The position numbers and the translations under genes are program-made. The notes beneath the pieces were generated by a model. It did no database searches, had not been told where the DNA came from, and saw only the letters and a list, made by a program, of their open reading frames with translations. A DNA stretch of 64,000 nt from a virus (taxonomy: Duplodnaviria; Caudoviricetes), in IMG/VR virus record IMGVR_UViG_3300047471_000325, positions 1,927 through 65,926 of that record; one strand, written 5' to 3'. Below are positions 18,308 through 28,179 of the stretch, one piece after another (the stretch's first letter is position 1; each line of letters starts with the position of its first letter).

Positions 18308-18635
18308 CCAAGTAGAGGCGCGTAACGGCAATCATCTCGTTGTGCGCGGTGGTGTGCGTCTTCCTTTCGGTTCTCAGATTGATTTTTCTAATCATCCAGA
18401 ACCAATCGGCTCGATTACTCAATATATGGAGCCAATTAAACCAGGCGCATATTATTGTGAGGTGTGGGTGGATGATAACTATACACGAACTTCACTCGGG
18501 CATCGTGTGACGCCCACTGGATTGTATTTTCAGTTCGTACCGCCTCTGCCGCCACGTCAGACTTACGGGTTCAAGTATTTCCGCATCGACGATAATGGTG
18601 ATCGCTATGACATTGTTATCGAGGGGATACTTTGA
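18300..18635 (+). CDS. Hypothetical protein (more AT rich)
   Basis: Coupled ORF. Confidence 0.55.
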   Translation: MSDQVEARNGNHLVVRGGVRLPFGSQIDFSNHPEPIGSITQYMEPIKPGAYYCEVWVDDNYTRTSLGHRVTPTGLYFQFVPPLPPRQTYGFKYFRIDDNGDRYDIVIEGIL

Positions 18636-19471
18636 TGTCTAAGATGAACGGCAAGACGAACGGACATAAGCTCGCCCTCAACCCCGTCCACCCGAAACCC
18701 GGCAGCGACACCGTGCAAGTATTGCTTGGTACCCCGACGCTCGGCATCATTCGCATCGAGTGGTACAACGCGATGGTCGGCATGGTGACGCCGCCGAACT
18801 GGGCACTCGTCCGCAGCGTGCCGATGGGCTACACGGTGCCCGACGCGCAGAACATGATCGTCGACTCGATGCTGCGCGGATCGTTTCGCGCGCTGCTGCT
18901 GATTGAGGATGATACCTGCCCGCCACCTGAGACGATTCTGACCTTCGACCGCTGGTTCTGGAAGATGGAGCGCAAGAAGGCGCCGCCCGTTGTCAGCGGT
19001 CTGTACCACATCAAGGGAAGCGGCGAGGTGCGCAAGGGAAAGACGGGTGGCATCGAACTGCTCGGACCCGAACCATTGGCCTACCGCGGAAGCGGCACGC
19101 GTGCCTACCGCGACTGGAAGTACGGCGACGTGATCTGGGTGCGCGGTGTCCCGACTGGCGCGCTACTGATCCATCGCTCGGTACTCGAAGCTTGGGCGAA
19201 GGAGCCTGACGTCGAGACATATACCGTGCCTGGCTATCCATACCCCATCAAGCGCATCTTCATTGCACCCGCGCGCGTGTGGGTGGATAGCTTCGGTGGC
19301 AAGCATATCGCGAGCGGCACGAGCGACCTCTACTGGAGCGACCAGACGATCAAGCGCGACATCCTGACGAAGGCCGGTTACGGTAAGTGGGCGAAGAAGG
19401 AAAACCCCTACATCATCGACACGAGCCTCGTGTTCAAGCACGTTGACCGCTCGAATGGAGCGATGTATTAG
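18635..19471 (+). CDS. GT-A fold glycosyltransferase (divergent GT2 like)
   Basis: 'VLLGTPT', 'DAQN', 'LLLIEDDT', 'PTGALLIHRSV', 'SDLYW'. Confidence 0.75.
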   Translation: MSKMNGKTNGHKLALNPVHPKPGSDTVQVLLGTPTLGIIRIEWYNAMVGMVTPPNWALVRSVPMGYTVPDAQNMIVDSMLRGSFRALLLIEDDTCPPPETILTFDRWFWKMERKKAPPVVSGLYHIKGSGEVRKGKTGGIELLGPEPLAYRGSGTRAYRDWKYGDVIWVRGVPTGALLIHRSVLEAWAKEPDVETYTVPGYPYPIKRIFIAPARVWVDSFGGKHIASGTSDLYWSDQTIKRDILTKAGYGKWAKKENPYIIDTSLVFKHVDRSNGAMY

Positions 19472-20599
19472 ATGGCTGATCTCTTTCGGCGGGTTGGCGG
19501 GTTAGGACGGTCGCCAATTCCTGGGGATATCTCCGGAGCAACGAATGTATGGTCTAATGTAACACCAGCAGATATGATCCTTGATAATAACGATGCTGGG
19601 ATTGCTGCGCGTGCAGGAGCAGGTAGTAACTTCGGTTGTCAAGGTGTGCGCCTCGATCCTGCGAATTATGGCGTGATGTACACATCAGCGACGTATCAGA
19701 AATTATGGAAGTCTACTGACTTTGGCCTGACGTGGAATCCAGTGACGATCTCTGGGCTGGATCCGTTCTTCAACGCTCGGCCAAACCTGAACATCGCGTG
19801 TGATGGCAGCTACATGATTACGACGGCGCTATATAACGCCGGTGGTGGAGTGCAGAATGGCTGCTGGCGAGCGACGCCACCATTTACGAGTTGGACGCGC
19901 TATAACATAGGGTTTGACAACGGTGATGATGCCGGTCGCATGAACGTTTGTCCGTTCACAGCGACGATCAACGGCGTGGCGGGACGGGACCGCATTGTGG
20001 CATCAGCTCACAGCGGCACGGACCACATGTGGGAATCTAAAGACGGCGGTCTGACGTGGACTGATCAAGGTGCCCAACCTGCAACACCAGAGGCAGAGTA
20101 TTTTTGGGTTGACCAAGACACGTTACTCGCAATTCCTGATAGTTCTGGTGCAGCGCATACATATCGTGGCGTGCGATCTGGTAATTCATGGCCTTGGACA
20201 TGGACATGGACCGATGTAGATACGCAGCAACACTACCACGGTACATGCCAGCCCTATATGGACCCGAGTTCTGGATCGATTTGGACTGGCGGTAATGCGA
20301 ACATTCGTAAGTCTACAGATGCTGGAGCGACATGGTCACAAGTTGACTCGCACATCGGTTCTGGTATTTTAGCAACTAGCAAGACGCTCTTTTCAACACA
20401 GCAATTTGCGACGGGTGGCACGAACGGACCATGGTTGTTGCATGCAAGCCTTCCTGCTGGTACATCATGGACACTTGACACTGAGCCGTCAGGGTTCACC
20501 AATGGTTGGCTTTATGGTTGCTCTGCGACAGATGGTTTTCGATGGGCGGTAGTCGGTGGTTGTTGGTGCGCTGGTATTTGGCGGTATGTAGAAACCTAG
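19472..20599 (+). CDS. BNR/Asp-box beta-propeller protein (sialidase/xyloglucanase like)
   Basis: Asp boxes 'STDFGLTW', 'SKDGGLTW', 'STDAGATW'. Confidence 0.8.
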   Translation: MADLFRRVGGLGRSPIPGDISGATNVWSNVTPADMILDNNDAGIAARAGAGSNFGCQGVRLDPANYGVMYTSATYQKLWKSTDFGLTWNPVTISGLDPFFNARPNLNIACDGSYMITTALYNAGGGVQNGCWRATPPFTSWTRYNIGFDNGDDAGRMNVCPFTATINGVAGRDRIVASAHSGTDHMWESKDGGLTWTDQGAQPATPEAEYFWVDQDTLLAIPDSSGAAHTYRGVRSGNSWPWTWTWTDVDTQQHYHGTCQPYMDPSSGSIWTGGNANIRKSTDAGATWSQVDSHIGSGILATSKTLFSTQQFATGGTNGPWLLHASLPAGTSWTLDTEPSGFTNGWLYGCSATDGFRWAVVGGCWCAGIWRYVET

Positions 20600-21285
20600 T
20601 GGCTATTTCTCTCGTCAGCGGTGCTAATCTCGCGCAGGACTTGAACCCTGCCGGTACACAGTCGTCTACTTTCGACACTAGTGGCTCAGACTTCCTAGGA
20701 CTGGCGGCGGCATACTTCGACACGGTGCCTACGATTACGGACAACAAGGTCAACACGTGGAACCTAATTGACCACGCAGGACAGTTTGATACGCAGGCGT
20801 TTATTGATTCGTATTACGCTACTGCTCCACCAGTCGTCGGTACTGGTGAATGGATGAAACCCACTGTCGGCCGGGCCGCACTTGCGATGGCGGGTTTCGT
20901 TGGAGTAGCGCAGTCTTCACCGCTTGATGGCGCGAATCATGCAGCGCACGGTGGCGGCAGCGGCGTAACAGAACAACCCGGGAGTATTACACCTTCGATA
21001 GACGGATGCCTCGTCCTTGTCTTCATTTACTTCGAGTCGGGGACGATCTCCACTGTCAGTGGATGTACGATCATTTGTCAGGCGACAGGCGCGTCTGGCG
21101 TTGGACTTGCCTATGTAGTACAGACTACGGCAGGAGCGATTAATCCACTCATTACGTTCTCAGGGAGCCAGACGCGATCAGCATCGGCTATTGCGGCGTT
21201 TAAACCACAGCCTATAGCTGATCTCAACGCTTTGATCGGTGAGCCGATTACCGGTTCAAGTCTCATCGAAGGGGGATTGCGCTAA
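20599..21285 (+). CDS. Probable virion structural beta-sandwich protein
   Basis: GTG start overlapping the upstream stop; 'ITDNKVNTW', 'GVAQSSPLD' typical of phage appendage domains. Confidence 0.6.
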   Translation: MAISLVSGANLAQDLNPAGTQSSTFDTSGSDFLGLAAAYFDTVPTITDNKVNTWNLIDHAGQFDTQAFIDSYYATAPPVVGTGEWMKPTVGRAALAMAGFVGVAQSSPLDGANHAAHGGGSGVTEQPGSITPSIDGCLVLVFIYFESGTISTVSGCTIICQATGASGVGLAYVVQTTAGAINPLITFSGSQTRSASAIAAFKPQPIADLNALIGEPITGSSLIEGGLR

Positions 21286-21467
21286 TGGATGAAGGACAGC
21301 TTGGCATCGGCGAGGAACTGCACGCCGAGTTGATTGATTGCACGATTGTGAAGATACATCGAGGAGTTCTTGAGAACGTGCTGCGCCATCTTGACCGTGA
21401 TAGCTTGACGAACGATCAGACAGAAGCGCGTTTGGCACAACAGGTACGAGATATCTTGAATGGCTGA
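21285..21467 (+). CDS. Small hypothetical protein
   Basis: Coupled at both ends. Confidence 0.5.
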   Translation: MDEGQLGIGEELHAELIDCTIVKIHRGVLENVLRHLDRDSLTNDQTEARLAQQVRDILNG

Positions 21468-23274
21468 CCTCTCGATCAACGTCCAGCAAGACTCCTTCCG
21501 CGTCCGAGATTTCCTCCTCGGGGCTGCGCTAGGTGTTGCTCTATCTGCTGGTTTGATTGAGATCCCGAAGATATCTGACAGCGTTCAAGCTGCATTAAAT
21601 CCGCCGCCAGATCTCTCGATTCAAGTGTCGGATGAAGGTTGCAGACCGCGCGAGTTTGTCTATGGCGCCACACGCTACGTGCAGTCGCAGAACGCGCTGT
21701 CTGCTGGGCTGCGTGAAGGTTACGTCAAGCTCTCTGAGACACCGACTGCGCTACGCACGCTTGACCCAGGCCTCATCCAAGAGGTCATGCGCCTCGACGA
21801 CTTCGGGCAGATCGATCTGCGCGGTCTCGGTGCATGGGTCAAGGTTGCTGATCAGACGCCCATTGCCATATTGTTTGATGGCATCTCAGCCTCTGGGTTT
21901 GATGAAAGTCTAAAGGTTCAGGATCAACCTACAGCAGGCACGACGCCATTCGGCGTAACGGTTCCAGCGGAAAGCCTTAAGATATCAGAAGGCGGATTCG
22001 TTGAACTTAGCGTCGAAGCTGAGATCCTACACATTACTGATACTGTAACAGCTGGTTTAGAGTTTGGCCCCGAGATTCTACATGTACAGGACCAGACGCC
22101 ACTTGCGTCGCTCACTGGCGGTGGCAATCTTTCAGCATCGGGATTTGATGAACTCCTTCATGTTCAAGATACTGTTACTGCACTCCTGAATCCTGAACAG
22201 ACAACGCCTGCGGAATCGCTGAAGGTTCAGGACATCGTCATCAATACCTTGCTCAACCCAGAGCAAGCGAATGGGTTTGACGAGTCGCTAAAGATCGCTG
22301 ATACAGTTCTTGGACCGACACTGAACCCCGAGCAAGCAAACCCCTCGGAGTTGCTGAAGGTCCAGGATACTCCGAGCACGACACTCGATCCAGAGCAGAC
22401 ATCGACGGCATCTGAGGCACTGAAGGTCCAAGACACCGTTACTGTTGCTCTCGATCCGCTGAACGCGCCGACGCTGACAGAGTCGCTGAAGGTTCAAGAT
22501 ACCGTTACACCCGCATTGTGGCTGGCAACACAAGCTGGCGATGAGACGCTGCACGTCCAGGACAGTGTCCAGAACACGCTGCTAAACCCACTGCAGACAT
22601 CTGGTTTCGATGAGCTACTGCACGTTCAAGACCAGACGCCGAACACAGGATCGAACCTTGCTGCGAGTGGGTTTGATGAGTCGCTAAAGATTGCCGACAT
22701 CGTCACCCCGCAGCTGACAGCGCTCTTCGCGTCAGGCTTCGATGAGAGTCTGAAAGTCGCGGACGTCGTTACCCCGAGCATCACCCCGCTCCTCGCCTCT
22801 GGCTTTGATGAATCGCTGAAGGTTCAAGATGCTGTTACTGGGCTGACGCTCAACCCACTGCAGACTTCGGGCTTTAATGAGCTATTGCACGTCGTCGACC
22901 AGACACCGCAAGTCGGGGCAAGCATCGCGCCACCTGTTCTGACTGAGACGTGCAAACTCGCTGATCAGGTTTTTGCGCAGCTCGATACGTTACTAGCAAC
23001 GCCCATAGAATCACTTAAGGTCGTCGATACTGTCTTACAGCAGATTACACCGCTGCTGGCGTCTGGTTTCGACGAGCAAGCAAAGGTTTCTGACAGCATC
23101 AGTGAGTCGATTACGCCGCTGCTTGCGCAAGCATCAGAGTCGCTGAAGATTGAAGATAAGCAACCGAATTTCGCTGGGCCATCAATCATTGACGTGAATG
23201 GTTCCTACATCACAAAGGTCGATGTCGGTGGTTCCTATATCCCACATATCGACGTGATCGGACAGGTGGAGTAA
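21460..23274 (+). CDS. Tandem-repeat fibre-like protein (about 20 E-x-L-K/H-V-x-D repeats)
   Basis: Repeats such as 'SGFDESLKVQD' every about 21 aa; acidic, S/T rich. Confidence 0.8.
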   Translation: MADLSINVQQDSFRVRDFLLGAALGVALSAGLIEIPKISDSVQAALNPPPDLSIQVSDEGCRPREFVYGATRYVQSQNALSAGLREGYVKLSETPTALRTLDPGLIQEVMRLDDFGQIDLRGLGAWVKVADQTPIAILFDGISASGFDESLKVQDQPTAGTTPFGVTVPAESLKISEGGFVELSVEAEILHITDTVTAGLEFGPEILHVQDQTPLASLTGGGNLSASGFDELLHVQDTVTALLNPEQTTPAESLKVQDIVINTLLNPEQANGFDESLKIADTVLGPTLNPEQANPSELLKVQDTPSTTLDPEQTSTASEALKVQDTVTVALDPLNAPTLTESLKVQDTVTPALWLATQAGDETLHVQDSVQNTLLNPLQTSGFDELLHVQDQTPNTGSNLAASGFDESLKIADIVTPQLTALFASGFDESLKVADVVTPSITPLLASGFDESLKVQDAVTGLTLNPLQTSGFNELLHVVDQTPQVGASIAPPVLTETCKLADQVFAQLDTLLATPIESLKVVDTVLQQITPLLASGFDEQAKVSDSISESITPLLAQASESLKIEDKQPNFAGPSIIDVNGSYITKVDVGGSYIPHIDVIGQVE

Positions 23275-23645
23275 TGGCGATACAAGCGACGGTTGGCGGG
23301 AGTGGGACGCTCTTCGTAGGAGAAGATAAGATCTTCAGACTGAAGAATGTTATCGATGAGAATGGTGTTCTCATCGATATGTCTGGATGGACCGTGCTCT
23401 TCGATGTGCGCGCGAAGGTCACCTCGGCAGACCCGGCAATCATCTCAATCAACGCAACGCTCATCGGCATCTATAGCGTGACACCCGCGCTGAATACACA
23501 GATGTGGACGGCATCAGTGACAGACGATCTGATGAACCTGTTCAAAGCGAAGACGTATCAATATTCCTGGAAGCGAATGGATACGGGTGTCGAGACGGTG
23601 CTTGCTTATGGCCCGTTCGTGCCCGAGAAAGCGACGGCCCCTTAA
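23274..23645 (+). CDS. BppU N-terminal-like fibre attachment protein
   Basis: 'DENGVLIDMSGWTVLFDVR...YQYSWK...TVLAYGPF'. Confidence 0.6.
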   Translation: MAIQATVGGSGTLFVGEDKIFRLKNVIDENGVLIDMSGWTVLFDVRAKVTSADPAIISINATLIGIYSVTPALNTQMWTASVTDDLMNLFKAKTYQYSWKRMDTGVETVLAYGPFVPEKATAP

Positions 23646-24251
23646 ATGCCTGTCATCGTCTCGACTCCTGGTGCGAGTAACGCGAACAGCTACTTAACAG
23701 TCGCTGAGGCAGATGCTTACTATGATACGCGCGTACCTGGCGTGGTGTTTGACGCGTGGGATGGTGCAGATAGTAAAGAAGCACTGCTGATCAATGCCAC
23801 GCGCATGCTCGATAAGTTGCTGCTACCTGACGTCAAAGAACTCTACTATCAGAACGGCAAAGCCTACTATCGCGTCCGACCGGCATGGACAGGAGCTGCT
23901 GCGACGACGGTGCAGCGTCTCTGTTGGCCGCGCTCAAGTATGTTCGACCAGAATAACAATGCGATTGCGACGAATGTTATCCCAGACGATTTGAAGTTCG
24001 CGACCGCAGAGTTCGCCGGGCAACTTGGCGTCGCTGATCGTCAGCTTGATAACGATGTCGTCTTGCAGGGACTAACGTCAGTGAAAGCTGGCAGTGTGGC
24101 GCTGACGTTTAAGACGGACGGGCTCGCGGTGACATATACGATTCCGCAAGCGGTCTATGATCTGCTTGTGCCGAGTTGGTATACGAATGAGTCCTTCGAG
24201 TCAGCACTCGCGGGTATCTTCGACGTTATCACGCAGGAGGATAACGCGTGA
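23646..24251 (+). CDS. Head-tail adaptor (DnaT-like annotated family)
   Basis: 'ANSYLTVAEADAYY', 'QRLCWPR', 'IPDDLKFAT.E', 'KAGSV'. Confidence 0.85.
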   Translation: MPVIVSTPGASNANSYLTVAEADAYYDTRVPGVVFDAWDGADSKEALLINATRMLDKLLLPDVKELYYQNGKAYYRVRPAWTGAAATTVQRLCWPRSSMFDQNNNAIATNVIPDDLKFATAEFAGQLGVADRQLDNDVVLQGLTSVKAGSVALTFKTDGLAVTYTIPQAVYDLLVPSWYTNESFESALAGIFDVITQEDNA

Positions 24252-24628
24252 GTCTTTTAGATACACTTAGGGGCGGCGTTAAGCTCGCGAATAAGATCAC
24301 GCGGCCACTGCAGGCAACCGTGATGTATGCGCGCAAGACCTCGGGCGGCGGCTATGGCCCGGTCTATGCCAACGCCGTACCCCTGCATGCTATCGTTGAC
24401 TTCAAGGCCGTACAAGTAAGAACGCAAGATGGGACGTTGACAGCGACGCGGGCAGTGATCACACTGCTCGATATCAATGAAGTCGTCGCAGCAACGGCTG
24501 GAAATGGTATCGGGAACGACGATATCTTCACGCTGCCTGATGGTGATACGGGGCCGATCCTTGATATTGCTGGATTCATCGACGCAGGGACAGGACACCC
24601 TATCGCCACTGAAATCATGATGGGTTGA
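24248..24628 (+). CDS. Head closure / stopper protein (probable)
   Basis: Size and position after the adaptor; 'DIFTLPDG'. Confidence 0.65.
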   Translation: MSLLDTLRGGVKLANKITRPLQATVMYARKTSGGGYGPVYANAVPLHAIVDFKAVQVRTQDGTLTATRAVITLLDINEVVAATAGNGIGNDDIFTLPDGDTGPILDIAGFIDAGTGHPIATEIMMG

Positions 24629-24870
24629 AGGAGGAGATAATGGACTTTACACCGACGGAAAAAGATAAGGTACCGGCCGCAGCATCAACGACTACCGCGA
24701 CCGTGACTTCGGAAGGCATGGTGTTTTCTCATGCGGCGCCACAGAAAACAGCGCTGCTTGAATGCTCTGTCTGCCATAACACCGACACGGTCGAAGGCGT
24801 GCTAGGGCGGCAGCACTATCCAGGGTCGTGCGGGCACTGCGGCAGCGCGTTCAGGGTCATCGAGAAATGA
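24625..24870 (+). CDS. Small zinc-ribbon protein
   Basis: CSVC...CGHC. Confidence 0.6.
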   Translation: MKEEIMDFTPTEKDKVPAAASTTTATVTSEGMVFSHAAPQKTALLECSVCHNTDTVEGVLGRQHYPGSCGHCGSAFRVIEK

Positions 24871-25625
24871 TCACGATCTGCTTCACCTACTTCAAGAGTC
24901 TGACGCTGCAGAACCTAGATGCGGCGCTCTACTCGGTGAGTCGTCAGGACTTGTCACTGGTGGAGGAGATCATCATCGTCGATAACGATACGCCGGATGC
25001 CGTTGAGGAGATTGAGGCTATCGTTGCGCTGCAGCACTTCCCAGTACCGGCGCGCGTCATCTCCTATAAGCACGGTGATCTATCGCGTTGCCAAGCGTGG
25101 TCGACGAATGCGACCGTCCGACTGGCCACATCGCCGTGGGTCTTCTACACGCGAGCAGACTACCTGCTTGACTTCACCATGCTGGGGAAGTTCATCGACG
25201 TCGCCGGCAGCAAGCCTGAGGGCTGGGACGGGTTCATCGTTAGTCATGGCGCGCACCTCGGGAATACGATCACGGAGTGCGAAGCGACTGGCTGGCGCGT
25301 GACCGGCCCTCGTCACCTCGGAGGCATCGTCTATGACTACACCGAGATCGACTCCGGCGTCTGGATGGCTCGACGGGATACCTATGACCGCATCGGCGGG
25401 TTTGACGAGCGACTCTTTGCTTGGGGGCATGCGCAGACCGAGTTTCAATACCGGATGTACTTGGCCGGCGTCGAGTTCGTGCGGATCCCAGAAGTGCTGT
25501 TCTGCCACCCTGGACATGGCGGCGATAAGGACATGGACCTGGCGATGAAGCAGTTGGCGGCGCAGGGGACGGACCTGAAGGCGATGTGGGCACGCTATCA
25601 TGGAGTGTCGCCCTATGGCCATTAG
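24867..25625 (+). CDS. GT2 family glycosyltransferase
   Basis: 'EIIIVDND', 'YTRADYL', 'IGGFDERLFAWG'. Confidence 0.85.
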   Translation: MITICFTYFKSLTLQNLDAALYSVSRQDLSLVEEIIIVDNDTPDAVEEIEAIVALQHFPVPARVISYKHGDLSRCQAWSTNATVRLATSPWVFYTRADYLLDFTMLGKFIDVAGSKPEGWDGFIVSHGAHLGNTITECEATGWRVTGPRHLGGIVYDYTEIDSGVWMARRDTYDRIGGFDERLFAWGHAQTEFQYRMYLAGVEFVRIPEVLFCHPGHGGDKDMDLAMKQLAAQGTDLKAMWARYHGVSPYGH

Positions 25626-26316
25626 GCCGTACACGCGGTCGCTTGACTTGAGCGACTATGAGTTCCTCCGCCCGCACGTCGATCCGCTTGCTGAGTTCCA
25701 GCGAGACATGACAGCGAAGGGCGTTCCGCACCGTGAGTGGCATCCGCACCGCTTCTGGGAGTACGCGTCGATCTTACAGCAGATGTTAGAACTTGGTGTA
25801 CCGCAGAATGGATGGTTCATCGACGTTGGAGCTGGCGCGTCATTCTTTGATCCCTACTTCGCGCGACTCTATCCAAACCTTTGCTGCACGGACACTGAGA
25901 AGTATGGTGACTATCGGTGGATGGTGCAGAAACAGCGCGAGGCATATGGCGTAACACTACCACTCTTCGATGTGCCGCTCGAAGATATGTCGGTATTTGG
26001 CGACTCGCAGTTCGATGCGACCTTCTGCATTTCGACCATCGAGCATGTTGATGATCACGATCAAGCGTTCGGCGAGTTAGTGCGGATTACGAAGCCTAGC
26101 GGCTATATCATGCTGACGTCAGACTACTTTCGTGACCTTCCACATTATGAGCAGAGTATCTCTCGGCACTTGCAAGTTACTCCCTATCGTGAAGAGTTTG
26201 TGCTAGACTTACCGAGGCGCTTTGGAGTAGAATTTGTCGGGGCAACTGACTTAGCCTATCGCGGCGACTATATCCATAACTATTCGTTCTGTAACATCTG
26301 CCTGAGGAAGCTATGA
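25615..26316 (+). CDS. Class I SAM-dependent methyltransferase
   Basis: 'RFWEY', 'IDVGAGAS', 'FDATFCISTIEHV', 'RITKPSG'. Confidence 0.9.
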   Translation: MAIRPYTRSLDLSDYEFLRPHVDPLAEFQRDMTAKGVPHREWHPHRFWEYASILQQMLELGVPQNGWFIDVGAGASFFDPYFARLYPNLCCTDTEKYGDYRWMVQKQREAYGVTLPLFDVPLEDMSVFGDSQFDATFCISTIEHVDDHDQAFGELVRITKPSGYIMLTSDYFRDLPHYEQSISRHLQVTPYREEFVLDLPRRFGVEFVGATDLAYRGDYIHNYSFCNICLRKL

Positions 26317-27551
26317 CGGGTTATTGCCGCGTCTGCTGCAAAGCGCTCGTATCTGTTTTTGATATGGGTATGATGAAGCTCTCAGGATTCCCGCTGACAG
26401 ATGATGTGCTGCCTGAATCACCGCTTGATCTCTGTCGCTGCCCACTGTGCGGCCTCGTGCAGCTTCGGCATACAGTCTCTCCTGATCGCATGTTCAGAGA
26501 GTATTGGTATCGAAGCGGCATTAATGAGGCGATGTGCGCTGAGCTGAAGGACGTCGTCGAGGATGCAGTAGAGCACCTAGGGTATCTGGAAGAAGATGAC
26601 GTTGTCGTGGATGTCGGTGCAAACGACGGGACGCTGCTCTCGGTCTATCCGAAGAACGTGAAGCGCGTTGCGTTTGAACCAGCAGAGAACTTACAGGAGC
26701 AAGTCAGTCAACATTGCGACGTGCTGATTCCTGACTACTTTCCGGATGGTGGCTTATTGGCGCAAGGCAGCGTCACACTGTTAACCTCCATCGCGTGCTT
26801 CTACGCCGTAGATAAACCCATGCAGTTCGTCTCTGCCGTGAACGACGTGTTGTCGGCAAACGGCATCTGGGTGGTACAATTCCAAGACCTCGCCCAGATG
26901 CTGGAGACGACGGCCTTCGACGATATCTGCCACGAGCACCTTTTCTATCCAAGCATGGCGTCGGTCGCCAGGATGCTTGAGCCGTTCGACTTGGCGATCA
27001 TTGACGCCGAGCGACGTGAGATTAACGGCGGGAGCCTTCGACTGACGATCGGGCGTCGGTGGCGCAAGGTCTCTCCGCATGTCTTGGAACTCTACATCAA
27101 GGAGAAGAACTGCGAGAGCCCGGTGGCGCTTCGCATGTTCGCGCAGCACGTCTATGAGATGCGGCTGGCGATACGCGATGTTATCGTCAATCAGCATGGC
27201 ACCGTGGACCTATATGGCGCATCGACGAAGGGCAACACACTGCTGCAGTTCTGCAATCTCGGCGCTGGGCTCATTCGGCAGGCATGGGAGCGGTCGCCGG
27301 CGAAGATTGGGCGCCGGACGGTGACCGGCATTCCTATCGTGAGCGAGGAGTCGGGTCGTGCTGATCCTCCGGATATGCTCTTCGTCGGCATCTGGCAGTT
27401 TCGTGAAGCAGTCATTCAGCGCGAGGCGGCATACTTAGAGGCGGGTGGCAAGCTACTCTTTCCACTGCCGACGGTTGAGATCATCTCAAATGGAAGCGAT
27501 GGTATTTACGAAGATCTCCGTACTCATCCCGACGCGCCAGCGGTTGGCTAG
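26313..27551 (+). CDS. NDP-sugar C-methyltransferase (Zn-binding N-terminus, C-methyltransferase C-terminus)
   Basis: 'CRVC...CPLCGLVQL', 'YWYRSG', 'DVGANDGTLL', 'FDDICHEH', 'NGGSLR', 'YGASTKGNTLLQ'. Confidence 0.9.
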   Translation: MTGYCRVCCKALVSVFDMGMMKLSGFPLTDDVLPESPLDLCRCPLCGLVQLRHTVSPDRMFREYWYRSGINEAMCAELKDVVEDAVEHLGYLEEDDVVVDVGANDGTLLSVYPKNVKRVAFEPAENLQEQVSQHCDVLIPDYFPDGGLLAQGSVTLLTSIACFYAVDKPMQFVSAVNDVLSANGIWVVQFQDLAQMLETTAFDDICHEHLFYPSMASVARMLEPFDLAIIDAERREINGGSLRLTIGRRWRKVSPHVLELYIKEKNCESPVALRMFAQHVYEMRLAIRDVIVNQHGTVDLYGASTKGNTLLQFCNLGAGLIRQAWERSPAKIGRRTVTGIPIVSEESGRADPPDMLFVGIWQFREAVIQREAAYLEAGGKLLFPLPTVEIISNGSDGIYEDLRTHPDAPAVG

Positions 27552-28179
27552 ACTCGCGACGATGCTCGACTCGTTCGAGCAGACGACGAGTGGTCGGGCG
27601 GACCTCGTGTTCCGCGTTGATGATGATGACATCGCGACGCAGGAGTATCTTCGCGACGATGCACGTGCGCACTGGCGGATGGTCGTCGGTCCGAGACTGG
27701 GCTATGCGAACCTTCCGAAGATGTACAACGAGCTGTACCAATGGTCGAATGGCGACGTGCTGATGGTCGGGAACGATGACATGATCTTTAAGACGCCCAA
27801 TTGGGACCACATCATCCTCGACGAGGCGAGGAAGTACCCAGATGGCCTCTTCGACTTCGGCGTCATGACACACAACTACTTGAACTTCCCGTTCGCGACG
27901 ATCAGCAAGCGGATGGCCGACTGCCTCGGGTTCTTCTTCGACGAGCGGTTCTTCTGGGGTGACATCTTCTGGCGGGACGTCACGTCGCGCTTTGGACGCG
28001 CGCTCCCGCTGCACTCGGTCGAAATTGATCATGACTGGGTCGGGTTCAAGCCAGACAGAGTCTTCTTGGCTGGAGACAGCGCACGTAGGGCGGATCACTC
28101 GAAGTATCACGCGATAGCCGTAGCAGAAGCAGCACGAAAATTGGAGGCAGTATGGTTCACGTCTGCGTCCCGGTCTTAA
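27499..28179 (+). CDS. GT2 family glycosyltransferase
   Basis: 'ISVLIPTRQR', 'FRVDDDD', 'VGNDDM'. Confidence 0.85.
   Translation: MVFTKISVLIPTRQRLARLATMLDSFEQTTSGRADLVFRVDDDDIATQEYLRDDARAHWRMVVGPRLGYANLPKMYNELYQWSNGDVLMVGNDDMIFKTPNWDHIILDEARKYPDGLFDFGVMTHNYLNFPFATISKRMADCLGFFFDERFFWGDIFWRDVTSRFGRALPLHSVEIDHDWVGFKPDRVFLAGDSARRADHSKYHAIAVAEAARKLEAVWFTSASRS

Noticed and set aside
21880-23160. CRISPR-like repeat array
   Set aside because: The repeats are degenerate at DNA level, conserved as peptide within one ORF, and no cas genes are seen.
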